The notes below the pieces were generated by a model. It ran no database searches and was not told the origin of the DNA. It worked only from the letters and a program-made list of their open reading frames with translations. From a virus (taxonomy: Duplodnaviria; Caudoviricetes), in IMG/VR virus record IMGVR_UViG_3300037308_000023, positions 1 through 45,520 of that record: a stretch of DNA of 45,520 nt, one strand, 5' to 3'. Numbering within the stretch: the stretch's first letter is position 1; the number at the start of each line of letters is the position of its first letter. A program made the translations under genes and the position numbers. Below, piece after piece: positions 27,086 through 36,467 of this stretch.

Positions 27086-28240
27086 TCATGCAAAAGTAAT
27101 ATATCTATTATAACTAGGAGTCCCATCTACAGATACTGCAGAAGCTCTTCCAATTGCTACATCTCTAATAGCTACAGTTCCAAGATCTAGAGTAACCCAA
27201 TCTTCAGCATCTCTCGTAAAATACAGCAGGTTCCCATATATACCTTCTTTACCTATAAATATCTTTGACTCTCTATTATAATCTATATAAGTCACATGCA
27301 CACCTGAAGACAGCCATGTACTACTTCCAGATGGCAGATAACACTCAGTAAATAACAGTAAGTCATCTCCAGCAGCTAGTCTAACTCTATCAGGAGCAGA
27401 TACAAGATGAAATAGATCATATATAGTCCCATTTATATCAGTATAACTAGGTGGAACTGTTGATGTAGATCTATGCCCATAGTCATATGTAACATCAAGT
27501 AACCATTGATAGCCTTCAAAATAGGCACATGCTTCATATCTCGAATATGAAGCTAACCACGAGCTAACAGTCCAATTTAGAGCATCATATGAGTAAATGT
27601 GGTAAGATCCATATCCATTTCTATACGCTGTAGAGAAATATATCCCAGATGTTGGATTATAGTCCGTAGTGCATACATTATATCTATTATTAGGTAAATA
27701 AGGCCCAATAGTCCAAGTAATCCCATCTTCACTTGTACAGCTTCTTCCAGTGGCTAGACTGTAATGATTGAGTAAGGAAGCAGTTATTATACCAGTCTCA
27801 GGATGATACTCTAAATAATTTATAACACTGCCAGATATCTCTGGTGGATAATATTGAGTCCAATGATTACCTCCATCGTCAGAATAACATATATACTCTC
27901 CATCGCTATATGAAGCTACAAATCTACCATACTGAGCACTCCCTTTATTAGGTACCCAGACTACATTACTTAAAGAATATAAATTAGCTGGAGTATTGAT
28001 TATTGGAATTATAGGAGGTAACGTCGCTGGAGGACTCGTGGCTGCAGCATTCCTAACCCACATCCCACAGGGATCATGCCCAGGAGTTATTGGGCTAGAC
28101 TTTGAAAGTCCAGGATATTCTATATCCCAACTTGGATCACCTGGAGTAGTTATTCTATGTCCCTGATTATAGATATTAGGGGCTTGGGACTTAGATAATA
28201 ACCAGGGCTTTTGACCTTTATAAGTCTTCCAATCGGCCAT
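27086..28240 (-). CDS. Putative receptor-binding / tail protein with Asp-box (BNR) beta-propeller
   Basis: YSDDGGNHW, TSEDGITW, YSYDALNW, FTRDAEDW; Pro/Thr linker ATSPPATLPP. Confidence 0.65.
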   Translation of the reverse strand: MADWKTYKGQKPWLLSKSQAPNIYNQGHRITTPGDPSWDIEYPGLSKSSPITPGHDPCGMWVRNAAATSPPATLPPIIPIINTPANLYSLSNVVWVPNKGSAQYGRFVASYSDGEYICYSDDGGNHWTQYYPPEISGSVINYLEYHPETGIITASLLNHYSLATGRSCTSEDGITWTIGPYLPNNRYNVCTTDYNPTSGIYFSTAYRNGYGSYHIYSYDALNWTVSSWLASYSRYEACAYFEGYQWLLDVTYDYGHRSTSTVPPSYTDINGTIYDLFHLVSAPDRVRLAAGDDLLLFTECYLPSGSSTWLSSGVHVTYIDYNRESKIFIGKEGIYGNLLYFTRDAEDWVTLDLGTVAIRDVAIGRASAVSVDGTPSYNRYITFA

Positions 28241-28731
28241 TAGTCGTGAAATCCTCCAATAAGAGGCTGACCATTAAAGTCTGCTACTGCTTCAGATGAT
28301 GGATAGTCAGTCGTTAGCGCATAGAGACCTGTTGTAGGACTTCTCACTACCGATACCTGACCATTGGTTAGATAAATAAATCTATGATAATCTACCGCAC
28401 TCCACAGAGTCCCAGATGTAAGTGATCCTATCATTAAGTTAAGCGTACTCCCATCTAATTCATATATCTCACTTTCAGCACAGAAGATAATTACATCTAT
28501 AAACACAAACATCTGTGGGTATGGAAAGGGATCCGTGATAGTCGCACTAACATCTATGCGATCTAACTCTAGATCATCTATAACTTGCAATATATTATCT
28601 ATCCCAACTGCTCCTATACACTGGACCAGGAATTTAGAATCTCTAGGCATTCTCTTAGATGGCCTAATACCCTTAGCCAGTACATCTGAGCTTATTAACA
28701 TCGAAAAGGTACCATCACGAAGAACTTCCAT
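28240..28731 (-). CDS. Putative tail protein, possibly the N-terminal part of the nozzle
   Basis: 163 aa beta-rich; WSAVDY..FIYLTNG and ADFNGQPLIGG blade-like motifs. Confidence 0.5.
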   Translation of the reverse strand: MEVLRDGTFSMLISSDVLAKGIRPSKRMPRDSKFLVQCIGAVGIDNILQVIDDLELDRIDVSATITDPFPYPQMFVFIDVIIFCAESEIYELDGSTLNLMIGSLTSGTLWSAVDYHRFIYLTNGQVSVVRSPTTGLYALTTDYPSSEAVADFNGQPLIGGFHD

Positions 28732-29060
28732 TATATCACTCCATTGAAGTCAAGCTTTGGTACTTCGGGAACTTTATTACTAAGTTTCCTAGTCTGCTCT
28801 ATTCTTTTCCTAATTACAGGTACAGCTTCAGCTGCTAACTCTTTTACAGATTTTCCAAAATTCTTATTCTCTAAATCCTCAATTACAGCTGCTACTATAT
28901 CTCTATGGTCTTTAAACTCTGGATGATTATCATAGAACTCCTTACTATCCTTTATCTTTCCTGCGTAAGTCGCCATCAGTGTCCCAACTACTTCCGGTAT
29001 TTTTAGTAAAGTTCTCTCTACCGCCTCGTTGATGATACTCTCTCTTTCCTCCGGACTCAT
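28731..29060 (-). CDS. Hypothetical protein paralogous to the scaffold C-terminal domain
   Basis: Gapless manual alignment to the 31691-32518 product; start at 29060 after GGAGGTG. Confidence 0.7.
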   Translation of the reverse strand: MSPEERESIINEAVERTLLKIPEVVGTLMATYAGKIKDSKEFYDNHPEFKDHRDIVAAVIEDLENKNFGKSVKELAAEAVPVIRKRIEQTRKLSNKVPEVPKLDFNGVI

Positions 29061-29104
29061 CCTCACCTCCCAGGCAAGGTTTACTACCTCACCTAGCTTT
29101 TGAT

Positions 29105-29836
29105 TTAACTAATGTCACCATCTTCGCCTGGCTCCATATTGTCAGCTTCAGCTATTAGCTCATGTATTAGATCTTTATTAATATCAGCTAGTTCAATCAT
29201 AAGAGCCTTTTCCCATAACTCAACTTTAGTAGCATTCTGGTTAAATACTTCTAATTCCCTTAAAGAGGCTTTAAGTAAAGTCATCGGATGTACTACTGAC
29301 CAGAAGTTTTGGTCATCTGGATCTGATAACTCTGACGAATAGTAATAACCTCTTACCTCTATAAGTGTATTAACACTAGCTGGAGGGACTATAACTATTC
29401 CATTATAGCTATGGCTTAGATTAGTTATAGTATCTAGAAAAGCCATATAAGATGAGAATGAACTAAGATCAGCATCTTCAGGAATTTTCCTAGTTATTAC
29501 TGGAGAATAGTAAGTAACATCACTACTTACAGGAGCACTAGATAAATAAGTAGCACAGATATCTTGAAGATCCTTCTTTTCTATCTGCCATCGTGCAGTA
29601 GTGGAAGATGCCCAAACTTCCTTCACAGCCCTGCACAAAGGTATTGATAAGCTATATGAATCAGCCTGGAGCATGCTAAAGTGCGAACCAAAAGACTTCT
29701 GATGCTCAGTCTGTCTATCAAGCCATCTAGAAGCTTGATTTATAAGGAAGTTGACTGTATTAGAAGGATCATCATCTATCAGATCATATCTCCCAGACAA
29801 TGCTCTAAAATGTTTCTTAAGCTCTAGAAGATTCAT
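29105..29836 (-). CDS. Putative head-tail adaptor protein
   Basis: Follows the major capsid gene; FLINQA, YYSP, LS.PDDQNFWS..HP motifs; start at 29836 after GGAGG. Confidence 0.65.
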   Translation of the reverse strand: MNLLELKKHFRALSGRYDLIDDDPSNTVNFLINQASRWLDRQTEHQKSFGSHFSMLQADSYSLSIPLCRAVKEVWASSTTARWQIEKKDLQDICATYLSSAPVSSDVTYYSPVITRKIPEDADLSSFSSYMAFLDTITNLSHSYNGIVIVPPASVNTLIEVRGYYYSSELSDPDDQNFWSVVHPMTLLKASLRELEVFNQNATKVELWEKALMIELADINKDLIHELIAEADNMEPGEDGDIS

Positions 29837-29854
29837 ATCTTGAACCTCCAAACA

Positions 29855-29877
29855 GACAATTAAAAAATTTAAAACAC
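29855..29877. repeat. Dispersed 23-bp palindrome, copy 15
   Basis: GACAA TTAAA AAA TTTAA AACAC, directly after the capsid terminator. Confidence 0.9.
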
Positions 29878-29911
29878 TGGGTGAGGTGGAGGAGAGATTC
29901 ACCCCACCCAG
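29871..29911 (-). terminator. Intrinsic terminator after the major capsid gene
   Basis: Minus strand CTGGGTGGGGTG/CACCTCACCCAG stem followed by TGTTTT. Confidence 0.75.
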
Positions 29912-29952
29912 GTTTCGTCGGCTAGCGGGCCAGACAACCTAACGAAGGAGGA

Positions 29953-31248
29953 TTAGGTATTGTCCAAGCCGACACCATTGAGGACAGCGCACTTCTGCGG
30001 GAGTCCAAACTCGAGCCCAGCTTCGGTGAGATACTCCTCATTAATACCATCAATCCTACGAGCACCATATCCTTCAGGATGTTGCTTGGCTGATCCTTCC
30101 CCGTAGAAAGTAGTATCGGTGATATACTTGAACTCCAGTTCCCTCGGCTCCAAGATTACCATCATGTTACGAGTGGTTGCATCATGGGAGAACAATGGAT
30201 GAGTCTTAAGATAAATAGACCCAAATGGAGTCTCCCACTCACGAATCTGCATACCATAGATTTTCTGACCGGTATTGAGAGTCATATGACCTTCAGCCAT
30301 GCAGAGTGCTTCGATACCAAGAAGAGCTCCAGAACCACAGAGACATAATTTCTCCTCGGCTCCATATCGGAAGATTTGCTCCAACATAGCACGAATCCAA
30401 GTACCTCCACCACCAGATGCAGTCCAGTCGAGGCCATTGTAAGTGGCGTTGAGGGTATAATCATCACAGTTAGCCGCAGCATACTGACGGATGAAGTTGA
30501 TCACTCCAAGCGTAGTGCGCTCAGGCTTCCCATTATCTCCGATGTTCTGAGTCCGAATACCCCACAGAAAGGCCAACTCCATTTCCCAAGAGTGCATCTC
30601 GAGACACTCTGCCTTGGCCTTTTGACGAGCATCAGGTGTACGCAGAGAGGTCATCAATGCAGTTCGAGTAAGGGAGAGAGGAGTTCGGAAGATCTGAGTG
30701 TAGTTATATACTTCAACCGGATCTAGAGCAATAGCATCCGGCATCTCACCACCCTCAGGGTTAATGTTACCGATGATCTTGAAGTTATCGCAATCAGACA
30801 GATCATGGGTAGCTGAATTATCATCATTCTCCAGAAGTTTAACTGCCAGATTTGCATTACCAGATCTAACTACATCAGTTACCTTTCCAACTACATCGAC
30901 TGTATAGTCGCTGGCATCACGGAGAAGGATCTGATGGCCAACTCTGATACGATTGCCAAGAGTAGCAGAGACCTGTACAAAGACAGTATCTCCAGCCACT
31001 CCACCACTGGTATAGGCTGTAGAAAGATCAGCATTAGTATAAACACCAGACACTGCACCCTGTACAGTTGACTGCTCCTGAGTCCACCAGTGAAACTTAG
31101 GATCAGTGACCCGTTTAGACCCAATCAAACTGAGAATCGCAGTAAGTGGCGCCATCCCATTAGGATAGAGATACATAATCTGTTCGCGCCAGGATTCAGG
31201 TCGCTGATTTGATACCCAGTCGTTAGTGCCTCGCATTCCAAGAAACAT
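29953..31248 (-). CDS. Major capsid protein (SU10 / DUF5309-like)
   Basis: 431 aa; EGG, YNYTQIFRT, EMELAFLWG, WETPFG..HP; follows the scaffold and precedes a terminator. Confidence 0.9.
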   Translation of the reverse strand: MFLGMRGTNDWVSNQRPESWREQIMYLYPNGMAPLTAILSLIGSKRVTDPKFHWWTQEQSTVQGAVSGVYTNADLSTAYTSGGVAGDTVFVQVSATLGNRIRVGHQILLRDASDYTVDVVGKVTDVVRSGNANLAVKLLENDDNSATHDLSDCDNFKIIGNINPEGGEMPDAIALDPVEVYNYTQIFRTPLSLTRTALMTSLRTPDARQKAKAECLEMHSWEMELAFLWGIRTQNIGDNGKPERTTLGVINFIRQYAAANCDDYTLNATYNGLDWTASGGGGTWIRAMLEQIFRYGAEEKLCLCGSGALLGIEALCMAEGHMTLNTGQKIYGMQIREWETPFGSIYLKTHPLFSHDATTRNMMVILEPRELEFKYITDTTFYGEGSAKQHPEGYGARRIDGINEEYLTEAGLEFGLPQKCAVLNGVGLDNT

Positions 31249-31274
31249 TTTAAAGTCCTCCTATTTATGTTAAA

Positions 31275-31297
31275 GTCAGTTAAATAATTTAACCAAC
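31275..31297. repeat. Dispersed 23-bp palindrome, copy 16
   Basis: GTCAG TTAAA TAA TTTAA CCAAC, upstream of the capsid RBS. Confidence 0.9.
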
Positions 31298-31304
31298 TGT
31301 TAGA

Positions 31305-31679
31305 TTATAAAGCTTCGGTAGTAGGAACAATAGTAGTTCCAGGAGAGTACTCAGCCTTCAAGTTATACCATGATAGACCATCTGAGTACATCAACGCTCT
31401 GTCGCACTTCCCATTGAAGACAATATCACCTTCCCAGCACTCACTATCATCCTTATCCTCAATGGTAATGGTAAGTACAGGATTAGCCTGTCGAGCCATG
31501 ATAGAATAGAACCTACCCTTTGCCTCTGCTACAGGCGGAAGCGTAATGGTGATAGCCCCAGATGAGACAGACGCACGGGGACGAAGAACATAGTCCCTCA
31601 CTGTCATCTGATAATTAGCACCTGGCGAGTGATATTTATCCACTACTGATGCATGACTGTCAACTTTATCCTCAAGCAT
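31305..31679 (-). CDS. Putative capsid decoration / auxiliary protein with C-terminal PTT-like tag
   Basis: AITITLPP...GRFY...SDG..W; between scaffold and capsid; ends PGTTIVPTTEAL. Confidence 0.55.
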   Translation of the reverse strand: MLEDKVDSHASVVDKYHSPGANYQMTVRDYVLRPRASVSSGAITITLPPVAEAKGRFYSIMARQANPVLTITIEDKDDSECWEGDIVFNGKCDRALMYSDGLSWYNLKAEYSPGTTIVPTTEAL

Positions 31680-31690
31680 TTCAAATCCTC

Positions 31691-32518
31691 CTATCTTCTC
31701 CCGACAAAGTTAAGCATCTCTTCAATCTGAGATTTTGTAGATCCTTTCTCTGTAGGAGTTTGTGTTTGGACTCTGGAACCCTTCCGCTTAGGTAGCGGAG
31801 GAGGGTCACCTTCATCCTTTGTTTTAGTTTGATTATCTTTAGCCGATCTAGTATCTGGTTTAGGTAAACCTAATCTTTCCCTAGTCTCATCACCTACCTT
31901 TCTAAGCACATCAGATATCTTCATATTAGGATTTTCACTTACCACTTCATTAAATACTGTGCTAACTGACTTCCTCCATTTACCAAGATCTGGATTCGCA
32001 GCATAGAATTCATCAGTCATCTTCCTCAGAGTAGCTTTAAGCTCAATCTGTTCAGTAACTACAGTAGGAAGAGTTTCAAAAGTCTCTTTCCTAGCATGTT
32101 TGATAATATCCCTAGCATCAGCTATTGATTGGGCATAGATTTTGTTTAATAACTTATTAAGTGCTACTGGATCATCTCTAATATCATCTAAATCAACACC
32201 TTCCAGAAAGTTCTTCTCTCCTATCGGTGGATCAGTTGCAGGAGGAACTTCCTTATCCTTATCAGGATCTTTACCCTTGATGGATAATTCAAGCTCAAGG
32301 ATCCTAGATCTGAGTTTAGATAACTCATCTTCCTCTTTAGCTGGGACATCCGTAGTCGGTGGCTTAGCTTCAGAAGACTCATCCTTAACTTCCTTATCCT
32401 GAGACTCATCTGAACTTTGAACTGGAGGGTCAGTATTAGGCACAACCTCATCATCTACACTATTTAAAGACCTAATCATCTCCTCAATTTCTGCTTTTAC
32501 ACTATCATCAGTTTCCAT
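31691..32518 (-). CDS. Capsid scaffolding protein
   Basis: Acidic disordered N-terminus, helical core, between portal and capsid. Confidence 0.7.
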   Translation of the reverse strand: METDDSVKAEIEEMIRSLNSVDDEVVPNTDPPVQSSDESQDKEVKDESSEAKPPTTDVPAKEEDELSKLRSRILELELSIKGKDPDKDKEVPPATDPPIGEKNFLEGVDLDDIRDDPVALNKLLNKIYAQSIADARDIIKHARKETFETLPTVVTEQIELKATLRKMTDEFYAANPDLGKWRKSVSTVFNEVVSENPNMKISDVLRKVGDETRERLGLPKPDTRSAKDNQTKTKDEGDPPPLPKRKGSRVQTQTPTEKGSTKSQIEEMLNFVGRR

Positions 32519-32520
32519 TA

Positions 32521-32832
32521 TTAAATCTCTCCTTCATTATTATTTACTTCATCTATTTTTGATTCTGATTCTAATATCTGAATAAATACATCAGGTATTG
32601 ATAACATATACTTTACTGCTTTAATTCTTCCATTTATATCACCTAAATGTAATAGCACAGAAGCTGTAGATGGATTAGAAGTAGAGGCATCATCAACTAT
32701 GGCATCCCTCTCACGTTCAAACCCTCGTTTCCAAGCATTTAGTTCCCTCTTAATATCTAGCCAGATAATAGACTTTTTAAAATCCTCCAGATCACCTTTT
32801 GTAGATCTTACTATAATATCTTTAAGTGCCAT
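32521..32832 (-). CDS. Hypothetical protein downstream of portal
   Basis: 103 aa helical ORF in the operon. Confidence 0.7.
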   Translation of the reverse strand: MALKDIIVRSTKGDLEDFKKSIIWLDIKRELNAWKRGFERERDAIVDDASTSNPSTASVLLHLGDINGRIKAVKYMLSIPDVFIQILESESKIDEVNNNEGEI

Positions 32833-32836
32833 TAGA

Positions 32837-34786
32837 TTACTCCATAGGAACTAAGTTTCCAGCTTGGACTTCTCTACTTACCTTCTCATCTGGCATAACT
32901 ACAGGCTGAATATTCTGAGTCACTTTCCTAAAGTCTTCAACATTCTTAGCTCCTAGTTGTTGAGCTATATAAGAGAATATTCTAAATATATCAAACTGCT
33001 GATATAATTCAGGTGTTTGAACTATAGTAGTAAACATCTGTATCCATGAATCAGAGAAACTCCCACCAGGAATTGAACCATCTCTTACAATTACATCATA
33101 GCTAATAGCAAGATCATATGGAGATACTCTTACCTTATTCTTTCCACCAAACATAGTTTCAATCTGATCTTGATATCTACCTATAATCTTAACATATGTA
33201 TCTTTTGACATATACTGTTGAGTATGGACAGCAAACATAGTACCTATATCTTGCATAAATTGCATACCAACTATCATTGCAAGCCTCTGTAAACGACTTA
33301 CAGCTGATCCACGAGTCCCTTGGAATTCACCTTTAGTTAATCTTTCAGGACCACCTTGGCGAAGTGTACCTTGCATAGATTGATCAGCACCAGATATCCT
33401 ATCCATCCACTGAGTAATATAAGCACTATCAGATATATTAGCCCTAGTAATATCCTGTACAGCTAACTGTTGAACAACTTTATCTACTCCATGACCCCAA
33501 GCTGGACGACGAAGTCTAATAAGCTTTCCAGGCTCAGGATCTTCAAGATCTTTAATATTGATTAAGTAAGGATCAACTATTAGCATATCATTAATAGCTT
33601 TACGAACATTAGCTACATGAGAATTAAAGAGAAAGTCTAAAGTACCTTGAAGACCATATAAGATTTCCATTCTACTCTGTGGTGTAATAGAATACCCATC
33701 AAACTCAGGGCTTGCTACTGCCATCGGATATAGGCCATGATTATGATTAGCCTTATGACAACTAATAATCACATCATCAGATGCTAGTGCAAAGAACCAT
33801 TTCTCAGGATATTCACTATCACCAAGTTTCCATTCTTTAGGTATAAGATTAACATACATTTTGATAGTGTCTACTGGATTAGTAGACATCACTAAATTCC
33901 TTGCAGTATTAGCTCCACCACCATACTTAAGTTGTCTATCACTCTGATCGTTAGCAAAAGTTGATCTCTTATTTTGCTTCTCCCTAAGATACTTTACATT
34001 GAACAAAGTATCATCATGAGATTCCTGTGATAAGAGATTCATATAGTTATCACGATCTATCCATCCATTAAACTCTCCATTCTGAATATTATCACTTGAT
34101 ACAGATGGATCTGGAAGCCACATATATGGATCTATGCTAGAAAGCTCATTACCTTCAAATATTAGTGAGTCTACAAATTCTACCTGATCTAACCTATTCT
34201 GTCCAAATCCACTCTCATCAATAACTGATGCTTTTATAGGAACTCTTCCATATAGTGTTCTCCATCCAGGAATACCTATCCCAACTCCATATGCAAAAGC
34301 ATCTCGAAGAATAGTATGCAGAGATAAAGCTACCTTAGTCTTAAAGCAATGAAGACGGACAATCATCTCCATCAACATTGCACCTTTAGTATCAGTATCT
34401 TCAACTCCTTCATACTGAAACATAGGATCCTGGACATAAGCCATAGTCATATAGGTCAATAATGCTTCCATCATCGAATAGGTGTATGGAAATACTATTG
34501 ATACAGGCTTACGCGGATCCTTCGCTTTAATATTCTTTTCCTTTACGCTAGTTGGAATATAAGCAGTTAGTACTTTATCTACTTCATTCCATGAGCTAAA
34601 TCGCTTACTCATCTCATGCCTAGATTCACAAGCTCTCTGCCAGATCTTATTCCTGATCTCATCATGTAGAGTACTACCAGGCTTGAGGTCCAGATCATAG
34701 GGATATTGATAGTCGAAGACTTGCCTAGTATAGATCGACGTATCAACTTTATACTGTCTTGGATCTCCCGTTACTATATATGGCAT
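32837..34786 (-). CDS. Portal protein
   Basis: 649 aa; DAFAYGVG, IDPYMWLPDP, LQGTLDFLFN, PGKLI, ISGAD..MQG; position in the head module. Confidence 0.88.
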   Translation of the reverse strand: MPYIVTGDPRQYKVDTSIYTRQVFDYQYPYDLDLKPGSTLHDEIRNKIWQRACESRHEMSKRFSSWNEVDKVLTAYIPTSVKEKNIKAKDPRKPVSIVFPYTYSMMEALLTYMTMAYVQDPMFQYEGVEDTDTKGAMLMEMIVRLHCFKTKVALSLHTILRDAFAYGVGIGIPGWRTLYGRVPIKASVIDESGFGQNRLDQVEFVDSLIFEGNELSSIDPYMWLPDPSVSSDNIQNGEFNGWIDRDNYMNLLSQESHDDTLFNVKYLREKQNKRSTFANDQSDRQLKYGGGANTARNLVMSTNPVDTIKMYVNLIPKEWKLGDSEYPEKWFFALASDDVIISCHKANHNHGLYPMAVASPEFDGYSITPQSRMEILYGLQGTLDFLFNSHVANVRKAINDMLIVDPYLINIKDLEDPEPGKLIRLRRPAWGHGVDKVVQQLAVQDITRANISDSAYITQWMDRISGADQSMQGTLRQGGPERLTKGEFQGTRGSAVSRLQRLAMIVGMQFMQDIGTMFAVHTQQYMSKDTYVKIIGRYQDQIETMFGGKNKVRVSPYDLAISYDVIVRDGSIPGGSFSDSWIQMFTTIVQTPELYQQFDIFRIFSYIAQQLGAKNVEDFRKVTQNIQPVVMPDEKVSREVQAGNLVPME

Positions 34787-34804
34787 CTTTAGTACCCCAA
34801 ATGA

Positions 34805-34827
34805 GTTGATTAAATTTTTTAACTAAG
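34805..34827. repeat. Dispersed 23-bp palindrome, copy 17
   Basis: GTTGA TTAAA TTT TTTAA CTAAG; the core abuts the stop at 34823. Confidence 0.85.
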
Positions 34828-35143
34828 TTGTTGGAACAGTAGTTACAGGTAATGTAGTTGTATCGGGGGCTACTGGTTCATAAACCCTTATCTCAGCCCA
34901 ATAGCCATGGTACTTATACCCAACTTTGGATGCAAAAGCTTGGACTTTCCAAGTTCCAGATGTATCAAAGGTAATATTAGACTGTATCTTCGTATTAATA
35001 GACGGATGAATTACAGCTGTCCAATATCCCTTAGTCCCATAAGGATTCTGCCACTTAACTCTTAGATCTGTAAAGGTAGATAAGTTCTTATAAGTTGCAA
35101 GAGTTAGTAAGACATTATCTCCTACAAATACCCTGTCAGACAT
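34823..35143 (-). CDS. Ig-like / BppU-like virion-associated protein with C-terminal PTT tag
   Basis: PYG..G.W, FDTSGTWKVQA; ends PDTTTLPVTTVPTT; start at 35143 after GAGGTG. Confidence 0.6.
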   Translation of the reverse strand: MSDRVFVGDNVLLTLATYKNLSTFTDLRVKWQNPYGTKGYWTAVIHPSINTKIQSNITFDTSGTWKVQAFASKVGYKYHGYWAEIRVYEPVAPDTTTLPVTTVPTT

Positions 35144-35150
35144 ATCCACC

Positions 35151-35378
35151 TCATTTTTCAAGAATGACTGAGTTAAGAATCAGTTCATCTGATATAGTTG
35201 ATATAAAAGATAACCCATCTAGCATTGTAGAATTCACACTAGAGCTATCATTTATTATAGATAACTCTTCCCAATATAGACCAAGCATAGGATACATTAG
35301 ATGACCATACTCAGGCCAACCTCTAAGAGGTATTCCCCTATGTGGAAAGTCAGATAATTGTAAGTAGCTACATGCCAT
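35151..35378 (-). CDS. Hypothetical protein
   Basis: 75 aa ORF in the operon orientation. Confidence 0.55.
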   Translation of the reverse strand: MACSYLQLSDFPHRGIPLRGWPEYGHLMYPMLGLYWEELSIINDSSSVNSTMLDGLSFISTISDELILNSVILEK

Positions 35379-35379
35379 A

Positions 35380-35402
35380 CTTAATTAAATTATTTAATTG
35401 TC
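35380..35402. repeat. Dispersed 23-bp palindrome, copy 18
   Basis: CTTAA TTAAA TTA TTTAA TTGTC; abuts the stop at 35403. Confidence 0.88.
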
Positions 35403-36236
35403 TTATGTAACATTTAGCGTCACAGCACTTCTATTACCTGAAGCATCAACTGTTAAAGTAATACGATTAAGTGCATCAGCTTGATCTCTATAATTTAATG
35501 TACTAGTCCCACCCCCGTTAGCTTTACCACACACATAGGCTATTAGCAACCTAATTGCTTGTCGAAGAGTAATAGTTCCTTCAACAACTTCATCATGGAT
35601 AAGATCAACAGTAGGCAAAGCTGCAATCAGTCCAGGAATTGTAGTACCAGTATCTACTAATATATCATCAACTATACTGTCAATAGTATTAATCTTACTA
35701 TCAAGTGTAGTTCCTGTATCAACCAAGATGGCATCTACTATACCATCAATAACATCTATCTTTCCATCGAGAGTGGTCCCAGTATCTACTAAGATAGCAT
35801 CAACTACCCCATCAATAGTATCTACCTTACCATCAGTGATACCTACTTGCGTATCAACAGATTTAATATAATCCAATGATCCATTAGATCTCTCGATAGA
35901 AAATGATGCAATAACTTTAACCACACTTTCACCATCAACAGTCTCATCCGGAATAAGTATCACAATATACTCATTCCCATCTTCCCAAAACCCAGCATCT
36001 CCAGTATCATTGCTAGTATCTATACGAAGTTGATGTAGGCCAACTACTGAATCAAATGGACTAGTCATTGTTAAGCCATTGGTAGTAGTTTTTTGAGATG
36101 CTGAGTTATTCTTATATATCCTTATATCATCCGCCTCAAAAGCACTTGATGGCGCAAGTGCTCCACCTTCCTTACTATGTGTGGTAAAGAAGATATCTAT
36201 CATAGAATCTTCTGAATAATCACCGAGATAGTTCAT
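35403..36236 (-). CDS. Putative virion fibre / stalk protein
   Basis: 277 aa with three 22-aa repeats and C-terminal RITLTVDASGNR. Confidence 0.65.
   Translation of the reverse strand: MNYLGDYSEDSMIDIFFTTHSKEGGALAPSSAFEADDIRIYKNNSASQKTTTNGLTMTSPFDSVVGLHQLRIDTSNDTGDAGFWEDGNEYIVILIPDETVDGESVVKVIASFSIERSNGSLDYIKSVDTQVGITDGKVDTIDGVVDAILVDTGTTLDGKIDVIDGIVDAILVDTGTTLDSKINTIDSIVDDILVDTGTTIPGLIAALPTVDLIHDEVVEGTITLRQAIRLLIAYVCGKANGGGTSTLNYRDQADALNRITLTVDASGNRSAVTLNVT
35637..35834 (-). repeat. Three 66-bp (22-aa) coding tandem repeats
   Basis: DGKVDTIDGVVDAILVDTGTTL / DGKIDVIDGIVDAILVDTGTTL / DSKINTIDSIVDDILVDTGTTI. Confidence 0.9.
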
Positions 36237-36466
36237 TGAACCAATCTCCCAAATATAATAGATTCATTTACCAACTTACCACCGACTAACTTAGCTAATA
36301 CTGGAGCTGGTGTAGTTGGTAGCAAGGTCGTAGGTGATAAGGTTGTAGGTACTAGAGTCGTCGGAGCTAAGGTTGTTGGCGCAAGTGTAGTTGGAGCTAC
36401 AGTAGTTGGAGGTGGAGCCCCACTAGGTTGATACAGTAAACCTGCGTATTGAGTTAGGAAACTCAT
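36233..36466 (-). CDS. Small mucin-like protein with seven PTTxx repeats
   Basis: PTTVA PTTLA PTTLA PTTLV PTTLS PTTLL PTTPA; synonymous divergence between units indicates protein-level constraint. Confidence 0.75.
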   Translation of the reverse strand: MSFLTQYAGLLYQPSGAPPPTTVAPTTLAPTTLAPTTLVPTTLSPTTLLPTTPAPVLAKLVGGKLVNESIIFGRLVQ

Positions 36467-36467
36467 A

